DNA of 64,000 nucleotides, from assembly GCA_020137815.1 (NCBI GenBank), contig CM035354.1, forward strand, positions 5,952,001 to 6,016,000. Direction: 5' to 3'. Source of the stretch: Hormiphora californensis. Its lineage: Eukaryota; Animalia; Ctenophora. The position numbers and the translations under genes are program-made. The notes beneath the pieces were generated by a model. It saw nothing but the letters and a program-made list of their open reading frames with translations, made no database searches and had not been told where the DNA came from. Of this stretch, positions 12,343 to 23,371 are shown piece after piece; positions within the stretch are counted from its first letter, which is position 1; each line of letters opens with the position of its first letter.

Positions 12343-12899
12343 GTCACTCACACACAGAGGTAGGATAACAGAGACTGTTTTAAATTGAACAGATTTGGAA
12401 TAATTAACACAGATCAGCTTGGTTCGGAATGGAAGACAATAAATATGTTGAAATTGTAACTGACAAACATTTTAACATTTCCGTCGAGAACTAACACAAA
12501 ATACCTCGCTCTCTCTTGGAATTCAAACAATCGATAATTATTATACCGAAAAGAAACATGCCCATCTCAAATACACACAATTCCACCTAGATTGCCCAAT
12601 AAATATATCTCTACTCTCTACTACGAATGTACTGACCTAGTCTCTATAATAACGGGGGCTGGGTCCACAGTAGACAGACACCTCCTACCTACACCACTCC
12701 CCATCCCATGATGGACAGTCTTGGCTACGGCACTGGGATACCGCATATCATGTAGTAGTGGACCGTGGCCTCGTATTGTTCACAGGAGTCATACCGGTAG
12801 TGCTAGTGGATGATCTAGCCAATCTTCCTCCAGTAACCTTAGCTAAAAAAGTCGCTTTGAGAGACAGAAACTACTGGTCCTGGTGCCGAATACTCTCAT

Positions 12900-14962
12900 T
12901 TTAGTTAAGACATGCGGTTATTGGTTTGGTGGACAGGGAGTAGAGAATTGGGTCTGTCAGGCAGTTTATATAGAAGAAGACCTTGTAGATCATTGAGATA
13001 GCGAAGTTAGTCCGTTTTGAATAGAACATCGTCCAGGAATGATAGATGGCATCCACTGAGATAGTAAACACAGGTACAGATGAGTATTGATTTAACGAGT
13101 ATTGTCACACTATTGATAGACCTAGAGTTGACATTCAGTTTATCCCTTCTGATCCTAGCTATGATACACCAATACGCCACGATATTGCACACTAGAGGCA
13201 GAATCATGAACACGATATTACCCAGCCAGGAGAAGAGGGTCTCCATGGTCCAATTGTCCTCGAATATACAATCAGGGAGAGAGTCCTGTCTGAAGACAAT
13301 GAGGTTGTAAGGATTTTGGAGGTGTGCTACCAGCATCATGACACTGAGGTAGAGACCGGAGAGGAACCAGTTGAGGATTATTGCACATTTTAGTCCCTTG
13401 AAGTGGGCCTCCCGTCCGTATCTAGGGGAGTGGGATATCAGAGTTTTAGTGAGTTACACAAGTAGTCATGGTAACCAAAACCATATGAATATGATTGTGG
13501 TTACCATAGCAACCAACAAGTACATAATTGGGAACACAACATACCTCATTGGACGAAATACAGCGATGACTCGGTCAGCTGTTATGGGTAGGACAGCCAT
13601 GAGGTCACTATAGGTAGTCAGGTATGCCAAGTAGACTGATACCTCACACTGTAGAGCAGAACTAAATCCCACCATTATATCTGTCGAGGGAGAGGGTGGA
13701 TTATAGTATGTAGTTTGGAGGGGTCAGTCGTATAGGTGCAGGGGAGGGGACGCTGATGGAGTAGTGGTAAGTGGCGTTAGGCCGGAATCTCCCTAATAGG
13801 TCCCTTGCTGTAATACAGGCCGCGTAGGGGATTTAGGAGACAGGTGTTTTTAGATTGATGGTTGCTGCATTCACAAATACAACAGGTGTTAAATGATCTC
13901 ATATTGTTGATTATTCATTCACGTGCGATGATTCGTATATAATTTGTTTAGCACATAAACATCCAGATGGTCCATTGAAAGGAACGTAGAATGTTCGTGG
14001 ATCTGAGTGAAAAGTGGAAATATTAGAGATGTCTAAATTGAACATCATATTCTGCTATATGACTGACTAAAAGTTATTTCTAATCATTTAGTTAGTATCG
14101 CACACATTTAGAAGTGAGACACACTGACTGGGTCGAGCTCTAATTTACATGATGTCACGAGTATTCAGTCAGTTCCATGTCATGAGTGTACAAACAGACA
14201 GACAGATCTTGGTGTTGCACTTACTTGGACCGCGGAAAGTGGCACCAAAAAGAGAGAACATAGTGTCTGCAATCGCCAGATTTAGGTACGCCAAATCGTA
14301 GGTTTTAGTGTACCTGAGAGGGTCAGTTGTTGATGTCCACATTACTAAAGACATTGGGAACCGGCCGGTAGAAAGAGAGAGAGGGAGAAAATAGAAATAT
14401 TGATTGAAGAAGTTGAGGCGAGTGCATTTCGATTACTGACGTCAAAATAGCAGTCTGAAGTAAGGGGAGAGAGAGTGAACTATACAGCACCAACAAAACA
14501 GGCAGCGGATTATGTGGGCCCGGATGATTCGCCTAGAATATTAAACAATAAACGGGCTATAAAGTGTTTCTAAATCAAAATGGAACTCCTAACCAGTATT
14601 ATAGTTCAATATACTCACCGTTTTCTAATGATAAGATGCAGGACAAGGTAAGAGTTGATAAGAAATGCCACAGACATGATAACAGTGAATATCACCCCAG
14701 CAATTACCACCCCCGTGTTCCGGGAATCTGCCTCCGGGGATCCCCCATCCCCCAGATTGTAATGGAGAAGGGGGTTGGGATCCATATTGCTACTGGGGTG
14801 GGAGGTTAGTGTTGGGTTGGGATCCAGATTACTGGGGTGGAAGGTTGGGGGTTATTGTGGGGTTATGGTCCATATTACTGATGGGATGTGAGGTTTGGGG
14901 TTATTGTGGGGTCGGGATCCATACTGGTGTGGGAGATTGGTTATTGTGGGGTTATGGTCCAT
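12900..14962 (-). CDS. Rhodopsin-class (class A) GPCR, 4 exons, with frameshifts (pseudogene or assembly errors)
   Basis: Exon to 14619: TM1 VVIAGVIFTVIMSVAFLINSYLVLHLII. Exon 14313-14225: TM2 YLNLAIADTMFSLFG. Exon 13680-13545: TM3 ...LPITADRVIAVFRPMRY. Exon from 13421: TM4-TM7, ending FYINCLTDPILYS. Pro/Thr/Asn-rich repeated N-terminus (MDHNPTIT/MDPDPTIT). Frame breaks near 13050-13005 and in the N-terminal repeat; the 3' end is uncertain. Confidence 0.8.
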
Positions 14963-16579
14963 ATTATTATTGGTTATGGTAGGAGGTGGTTAGAGTGTTG
15001 GGGTGACAGAAAGTTTAGATTTGATAACAATAGAAACAGCTTGGAGAGAGTGGTAACACTCGCTATAAAAACAACTAAATGTCTGATGATTTAAGCTGGA
15101 AATGTTGTCATGAAATTAATGCCCCAATTAGTGTCAAGTTTAAACTGTCATGACGGAACAACAACCAGAACAGCAGAACAGTCAAAAACATGATGATGAC
15201 AAAAGATCAGGTTGTCAAAAGAGTTTTAGTTGTAGAAAGCAGACTATGTACATCATGGGAAATGGTTGTGTCAGTTGACCTCAAACTCTAAGAGACTATT
15301 AAGATGTCAAATTCTCATGTGGTTTCTAATTATAACACGACTTCCTAGAACACTAAACTCCTCTATTTTCTATCTCAATATGATTCTCATGTTCCTTCCT
15401 CTCTCCTCCGTGATACACTAGATCTGGTGAGGTATTGAGGAACAGTAGAATTACACGGTGTAGTACGCGTAGAGACCTCTATGTCCAATGTCCATTCTCT
15501 ATACTCCCCTCTCTCTCTCTGTGTGACCCTCTCTATTTATTTCATTTTCTCTTTATATCTTTCTCATTCTATCTCCCTTCCTCTCTCTCTCATTTGCCGC
15601 AAAAAGCGGATCAGAGATAGGCCAGGTGTGGGCCGGGAGGAGCTGTAGACCACAAAATATCACAGATACACAGACAAAAACACTGCCCGTGTGATCACAA
15701 CAGAGCTCTCTCTCTCTCTCTGTCTCTAAAATTTTCTGGTTGGTGGTGTTAATTCGCCACAACGATAATATAACGACAACGTGGCCGGTAGAAAGATATG
15801 TCAACAGGCCACATATTATTAGGGAAAAGGTTTAATCTTGTCGGGCATAATTATACCAGGCTGTCGTCAAGCTAACCTTAAAAGAAATGCAGACTGTGAC
15901 AAGAAATTATGACGGAGAGAGACATACATACTTGATTGAATAGTGACGTAAACATATGTTTCACTACTTGCCCGGCAAAATTACTACTTGGACCAAATAC
16001 GGACATTACAAAATACCTGGCAGACATAAGGGAGACATATATATATATTTGGCCCGTGGGTTATTGAATGAATAAACGCGGAATTAGGCTAGACGTAGGC
16101 CATATGAATTAGGAATTAAGCATGAAATTCGCGTTTCCTAATTAAAACGGCGCATTATATGGTCGTGTTAGGATGAAATAATATACTGGGTTCTCCCGAA
16201 AAGTACTAGATAAAATAGAGCCCTTTCTTCAATCCCTGGCATAATAGGTGCAAATAGGGCATTATGTAATCATATAAACGGTACAGTACTCCTTGAATCA
16301 GCTGAAGGAGTTGAGAGGTCCCAGGCGTTGAAACTTGAGACTATTTAGAATAGCAGACTACCACTGGTGGCAAGGAATGGGGGCCTGGAGATTACAAAAT
16401 AGAGAAAAATATAGACGCAGGTGCTACAGGGGAGCTGAGACTCAGGACACAATTTACCGCAGAATAGGGGGTCCCCCACAACAACGAGGGAAGCTGAGAT
16501 AAAGAGAAATCACACGTGTTAGAGTTGATGAAAGGAGTTGTAATGTGATATAGCACTCACATCATGGGGGCTAAATCAA

Positions 16580-16685
16580 AACGAAGTGGTCTGCCCCGTT
16601 CGGGGAATATTAATAATCCCAAATGAGGCAAATGCCAAATTGGGTTTATTAATATTCCCCGAGTCTCCAAGGGCAGACCACTTCG
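16580..16685. mobile_element. Small palindromic MITE-like element
   Basis: CGAAGTGGTCTGCCC...CGGGGAATATTAATAA mirrored by TTATTAATATTCCCCG...GGGCAGACCACTTCG. Confidence 0.55.
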
Positions 16686-16857
16686 CTGGGATTCCCAATG
16701 AATATTGCAATTATTAGGAAATTGTGTAACAATTACGGGACCTATTCCCTCATAGGATGGAGCCTATTGGAAAGGCGACACATGACGAATATTCAATTAC
16801 GATGAGTGGTGGTAAAGACAACGCCATTGCATCAACATGACCAGGGCTTATTAGGGC

Positions 16858-17063
<206 letters not shown>

Positions 17064-18598
17064 ATATGGAGGTTGAATGAATGATTTAGTAGATGTGGGT
17101 GGCTATATAATATTATTGGTAGCCCCACAGCAAGTGATTTAATAAGCCGTCTCTTTTTCTATTCTCTCTCTACAGCTACTGCTCTCTCTCTCTCACCCTA
17201 TCTCGATTCTCGCTCTATCTCAGAGTTTAACAATATCCCATCAAATCAGTGCACCAGTGACCAGGGCTACTGCAAACTACTGTAGAAAATTACTAACAAC
17301 ATGGAGTTATTTTGGTTCACCACACTAATACCGACAGGAAATAAAGCATAGCATACCGACAGGACATGCCCTGTATACCCGGAAGAGGTTCCCAATATCT
17401 AATAATGTCCTGAATTCAGGGTGAACTGACGAAATTGTTATGTTCATGTTGAGGTAATTGTAACACATGACTGTTCAGTGTTCATATATGCTAATTGTAA
17501 CACATTATATGTCCGGTTTATTTGTGTATTTCCAATTTCCCAGATGAAATAATTCTTTTGTAATCCAATGTGTTTAATTTCTGAAGAATCAACAATTAAA
17601 GTGAAACTGAAATTAAAGGAAGCCAGGAAAGTGATTAGTGAGGAGTGCAGTGGGAATTCGATGTATAATATGGGCGAAAGAAAACTTGTATGGCGAAGTG
17701 TAGGCAGAAAATAGCTTCATTAAGACAGGCCACAGGGACACAGGGTACCAAAGTAAAACCCAAACTAAAAAGGCTTTTGTTATATCTCAAGATAATCTCC
17801 CACCTTCTATGCATAATGCAAAACCCAAGTGAGAACCTTTTTGTTCTGGGTTTTACTTGAGCATAGTTCAAAGAAAACCTGCTGCACTTGAAGGGTGAAT
17901 CATCAAGTAGCACAGCTGGAAGCAGCAAGTACCTGATGGTTCCCCCTTCAACTGCAAAACTGGGAACACTTCCAACAGACCCCTCGGATTTTCCCACGGC
18001 CCTGTTCAGCGCGCGACCTCCTCTATTGAAATCACACCGCGCGCTCCACATAATCGAGGTACACAGCCTGAGAATAAATCCGAGTGAAATTGAGGTTCAG
18101 TGTATAATAAAGCCATGTGTACAACTGAAAGATATGGGAGTGTTCAGAGAGACACTTAGACACTTTATGTCTAGCTGCTTCCGTCATAATTCGATAATGA
18201 CAGGTTACGTGGGCATGCATGAAGATATGAAAAAGAGAGTTCGAAATTATTGACATACGGAGAAGAGAACTTGAACTGTGTTCGTTCTGTCTCCAGGTTG
18301 TGGGACGAATTACGGTTCAAGGATGAACTTGATAATTTCATTAATTAACACGATACACTAGTCAGATCTTCATTTTCTGGAAACAAATAAAGTTTTCTCA
18401 AATACAAAACAAATTGTAGATAACGGTAACACTGAAAATACACACCATAATAATATAATGATAAAATGTAGGGGGTTAGTCACAAATAGAATAAACTTGT
18501 CATATTTCATCACCTGAACTCTCTCTTCTCTCTGGAGCCAGAAATTATAGAATAAAGATCACGTGAAAACTGAAAATATCTTTATAACTGATATTATT

Positions 18599-20682
18599 CT
18601 ATTCCTGTTTAACAATATCCGAAGCACTATCACCGAACCCCTCTTCAGTCTTCACAACACCCAAATCCTTGTCAACTTTAACCCTCTTAACCCGGAACTT
18701 CGGTGGTTCAGGTCTGAAACACTCTTTAACCATTCTGAGCCCCTCGCACGGCGGGTGTGGTACGGAGGGGATAGTGAGAGACAGCTCATCGCATATCACC
18801 TTCATAACTTCATCACATTTAGCATTTATGACAATATCTGCTGATGAGTCTATTCTTGTTTTTTGTAAGTTAACAATGGCGATCTTTCCTCCTCCTCTCT
18901 TCGTTTTGAGGGGCATGTTACCTGAAAGGTAGTTAGTGGTAAGCTTGATCTATCTGAGCGCACTGTCACCCCAATTTGAGAATGAAATCGGGCCAGACAG
19001 AGCTTGATCTACCGACCCCCACAGAAATAATCTGACAACGTGAGTCACACAATGGAGGCATAACTCTGTGTTATGTAACTCTGTGTAGCTCCTGAATGGC
19101 TAATAGGGCTAACACGCAACGTTTAGAGTTTTCAAAGACAAAGGAGGTACATTATTATATACAACCCCTATATTATTATGCATCCTCTATTATAATACAC
19201 CACCCTCTACGTCCCTTTATTCCAACCCCTTGGCCCTAATTCCCTCACCTGTAGGCTGTATCTGGAGGGTAGTTCCTAGAACAACACAAAGATCTGCCTC
19301 TGAACACCTTCTCTCACTCTCAGATAGTTCATCAAATGGTAGGGGGTCCTCCCAGTCTAGCACTGTATCAACCAGCTTACCCCTGGAGAAGGACGTGGTG
19401 TTAGAAGTAAAGAAAAAACATCACTGTTTTATAACACCCAATTTTTTTTCTCTCTTTCATTGACACTTGTACAAGCTACAGTAGTACTGCAGTGATTCCG
19501 TTCGCGGTCAGGGTATGAATTAAATAATTAATAAATAGACAGCCTACCTGCATCGTATGTTCCGTAGTTTCCGAGCCGTACACAGATTTCCAGTTTTCTT
19601 CATACCAATACTCTCACTAGGCTTCCCTCTCTCAAACTCCCTCCCGCAACTCGGGCATTTCTCTGTGAATATGTTGCCATGTACCTCCGATAACTTTTCT
19701 TTGTCTAAACCTGGGAGAAACAAATGGTGATGTGTGGTAGACAGATAGATAGAGAGAAATTGATATCTGATAGAGAGAGAAGGAGAGAAATGGAAAGAAA
19801 GGGATAGAGAGCAGCATTTAGATTCAACCCCCTCCTAAACATTTGCATTTCATTATCCCCATTGCCTAGCCTGCTGTTATACAATACAAGCACGTATGCA
19901 GAAGGAAGTGCAACAGAAGAGGAAATGAATGGGGGAGAGAGCATGATACATGGTACACAGTCCACACTCCACAGACTGTGCATGTACACAATACCACACA
20001 CGACCTATTGTGGCAGCTACAACGTGGCAGATATCATGTACTCTAGATATTGTACCCTACAGAGTATTATAGATCAAACCTGTGCCGCACAATATCGGAC
20101 ACCCTACTGTAACAGTGTCCGATATTGTGCGGCACAGGTTTGATCTACAATACTCAGTAGGGTACAAGTAATGTACTGCAGTGTTACAGTAACTACAGTA
20201 GTAACTGTACTGTACTCAGTACTGTACTGTACTGTACTGTACTGTACTGTACTGTACTGTACTGTACTGTACTGTACTGTACTGTACTGTACTGTACTGT
20301 ACTGTACTGTACCTGATCTCATGTGAAGATTATCCACATTCTGGCTGACCACATAACACGATTTATCTCGTATCCTACATATCTCAGATATAGCAAAGTG
20401 TGTCAAGGTTGGTATGGCGGTCTGGAAGTCTATATTAACATCAGGCGTCACCCCCATCTCCTCCAGTGTCCAGACCCCTTTAGGACCCCTGAAATCTGGT
20501 ATCCCTGACGCAGTACTGATCCCTGCTCCAGTTAGGAAGACTATTTTAGAGGATGACCTGACAAGAGCTGCCAGTTGTTTCGATTTCTGGGTGACAATGT
20601 TGTCTGTTTCGAATATTTCTGCTAATCCCAGGACTCCCTTGTCTGGGTATTTGGAGAGGGCGGCTGCATAGTTCAGTGACAT
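18599..20682 (-). CDS. SIRT6: NAD-dependent deacylase sirtuin-6
   Basis: Exon 20682-20313: MSLNYAAALSKYPDKG...TGAGISTASGIPDFRGPKGVWT...SQNVDNLH. Exon ~19710-19548: EVHGNIFTEKCPSC...CR. Exon ~19383-19249: DTVLDWED...LGTTLQIQP. Exon ~18921-18599: IVNLQKT. The N-terminus and LDWED motif are diagnostic of SIRT6. Confidence 0.95.
20051..20166. mobile_element. Palindromic MITE in SIRT6 intron 1
   Basis: TGTACCCTAC..AGATCAAACCTGTGCCGCACAATATCGGACA mirrored by TGTCCGATATTGTGCGGCACAGGTTTGATCT..GTAGGGTACA. Confidence 0.7.
20203..20312. repeat. (ACTGT)n pentanucleotide microsatellite starting at the SIRT6 exon-1 donor
   Basis: About 20 units; on the minus strand the intron begins GTACAGTACAGTACA. Confidence 0.95.
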
Positions 20683-20893
20683 AGCTGCAAGTGTGGAATA
20701 AGAGTCGTTAGTTGTCACGCGGTGAAATGATAAAATTTGAATAATAATGTGTGATAATGACTTTATGAGTGTAACTTGTGACATGTTTTTTTGTACAAGA
20801 ACACGAGATATATCACAGTTTCACAACAAAACAATATCAGTTAACATTTGTTTTTAACATTTGTTAGCATTTTTTAGCATTTTTTCATTTTTG

Positions 20894-21330
20894 TTAACAT
20901 TTGTTGCATGTTTTGGGGCAGAATTTGTCGTATGGGAACCAGCACATGTTTGGTTTACATTCCACTCCGTCACTGTCCTCACATGCTGAAAAGGGGGAAT
21001 GTGGTTACCATGGTTACTGGGTGGTGGTGAACATGAAAGAGCAGTGGAAGATGTTAAACAGATAATGTAACTTGAACTTTGTTTAATTTCCAAAGTTATA
21101 TTAACTATGACATGGTTATCAGTTAGTACAGTCATGCATCACACTGATGTCGCAGCTGCACATCACTTACGTGGTGTAGGAGGCTCAGTTGTGGGTGGGT
21201 CAGTTGGTCTCGGCTCCGTTGGTTCAGTTGGTGCAGGGGTATTGGTAGGGACGGGCTCCCCAGTAGGAATGGGTGGACCTTGGGCGGCCGCCACTACAAG
21301 GACACAGAAGAAGAGAACAAAACGAATCAT
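20894..21330 (-). CDS. Small secreted protein: signal peptide, Pro/Thr stalk and a single ShK toxin (ShKT) domain, 83 aa, 2 exons
   Basis: Exon 21330-21171: MIRFVLFFCVLVVAAAQGPPIPTGEPVPTNTPAPTEPTEPRPTDPPTTEPPTP, donor GTAAGT. Phase-1 intron with acceptor CCCCCTTTTCAG. Exon 20985-20894: (P)CEDSDGVECKPNMCWFPYDKFCPKTCNKC*. Confidence 0.85.
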
Positions 21331-22499
21331 GGTTCAACTGAATTGAACTCGAGCCCTCTCTCATTTTATTAAACTGGATTCTGATTAGTTTGGCACATTA
21401 CTCAGAAGGATCCACCAGGTGATTTTAGAATTGCCACATCACTAAATTGAAATAGTGTCACTTTCACGCACCACAGATTCGTAGTACATGGTGATTCTGT
21501 CTTGGAGAGAGATCTCCAATCATTCCTGTCACACATCCAATCAAATCATGACGATGATGAGACAGATAAAGGGAAGATACTAAAAAATAGATAAGATAGA
21601 TAAAGGCAAAGTATTATCGTGTGCAGTGTGAGGGAACCACCCAAGGAGATGCAGCGGCATCTTTTTACTCAATTTCCATTGGCCCACTCATCCTCTGACC
21701 TGCTGTTTTTGTTTTTATGCCGATGAGGGTGCTTCATCTGGAAAATAGATTAGAATCTGGAAATGGTCAGTGGTGGGAAAACTGTGTGAGCGAGGCCCGA
21801 GATATGGGAATCTTCATTCTTCTTCTGGTTCGAAATCGATCGTCCTTGTCAAACAACCAGTGACTTCAAATCAACTTTAGGAAAGTAGAGGAGCATGCAT
21901 GACGCAGGTAAACATTTTAGCGGGAATTGCAACTGTCGATAATCGGACCAAAACCTAATGGGCAGACGTCTTGTGTGTCTGTAGACTGACTCTGTCAGTG
22001 TCCTTTAACACAACCCCCTCGGCTCTCCAGCACCCAATCCAGGATTGAATTAGTGTTCTGAATAGGATACCCAGTCACGGGCGGACAGTCCGGAACCTGG
22101 TCGAGCCATCGTCCCAGCAAGACCTATGCTGACACTCAAAACAGGGCAACGTTACGATCTGGGTGTTTAAAGGCCTGTTTACAGAATTCAGGTGCACGCT
22201 GCCAAAAATTACCCGGCACTAAAATGGCTTTAATCACCAAACTACTCAACCGTTTTGGTTAATTCAAAGTTTATCGGAATTCGGATAGGAAATGTCAGGT
22301 CCTAACCCCAAGGGCCAACCCAAACCCCACTCCCCAGGCGTAACCCTACTTTAGGCTTTAGCCCTAATCCTAAAAAATCGTGAGTGCCGACAACCAAAAC
22401 ACCCAGATTCTATTGTTTCCCTTCAAAACATCCCGCCCAGACTTAAATATTTCACAGCTGCGCTTTTTATTTTCGGCAGTTTTTCAAGAAAATTTTGAA

Positions 22500-23244
22500 T
22501 AAGGAACCATAATAAAGTTCAAGAGCCTCCAAGAGCGCACCCCATCCAAGAGATACCAAAATCAAGAGCACACCACAATCAAGAGAGACCAAAATCAAGA
22601 GCACACCACAATCAAGAGAGACCAAATCAAGAGCGCACCACAATCAAGAGAGACCAAATTCAAGAGCGCACCACATCTGGTATCTTCTGGATGGGGAGCT
22701 TTCTTGGATGTGGTGTGCTCTTGATTTGGTTTCTCTTGATTGTGGTGCGCTCTTGATTTGGTCTCTCTTGATTGTGGTGTGCTCTTGATTTTGGTCTCTC
22801 TTGATTGTGGTGTGCTCTTGATTTTGGTCTCTCTTGGATGGGGTGCGCTCTTGGAGGCTCTTGAACTTTATGAGGCCCCTCGGAAATGTTCAAGTCATGC
22901 ACAATCAAGTCACGCCCACCAATCACAGCTCAGAACGCGCGGAGTGCTTCGCGCGTTCTGAGCTGTGATTGGTGGGCGTGACTTGATTGTGCATGACTTG
23001 AACATTTCCGAGGGGCCTCAATTGGTTCCTTAAAGTCGGATTTTTTTAAACCCCCTGGGTATTTTCAAATTTTGTAAATGACCATAAATCCGGTTCCTGA
23101 CGAGATAGAGACTTGAAATTTGGAGGTTACGAAGATCTTGCTAAGTTCTTCCGAACCTCCAAATTTCAAGTCTCTATCTTATCAGGAACCGGAGATATGG
23201 CAAATTTTGTTATTTCAGGGGGGTGACAGTTTCAAAAAATCCGA
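22500..23244. mobile_element. Nest of three palindromic MITE/foldback elements
   Basis: 22513-22872: foldback with ~30-bp CAAGAG.. subrepeats. 22871-23020: near-perfect ~70-bp-arm hairpin. Outer TAAGGAACCA/TGGTTCCTTA. 23036-23244: TCGGATTTTTT...AAAAAATCCGA with an internal hairpin. Confidence 0.8.
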
Positions 23245-23371
23245 GTCTGCACAAAAAAAATCGGTTTTTTTGGAGACAAATAAATTGTCTGCACAATTGA
23301 CAAATTGAACGCCGCGGCTAAAAGTTTGCCGAAAACGCTGCAAAAAGGGAGCCGCGCAGTATCAAGTTGCC

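Noticed and set aside
17635-18340. Overlapping 74-138-aa ORFs between the GPCR and SIRT6
   Set aside because: No recognisable motif or consistent splice structure. It could be a decayed gene, but I cannot support that.
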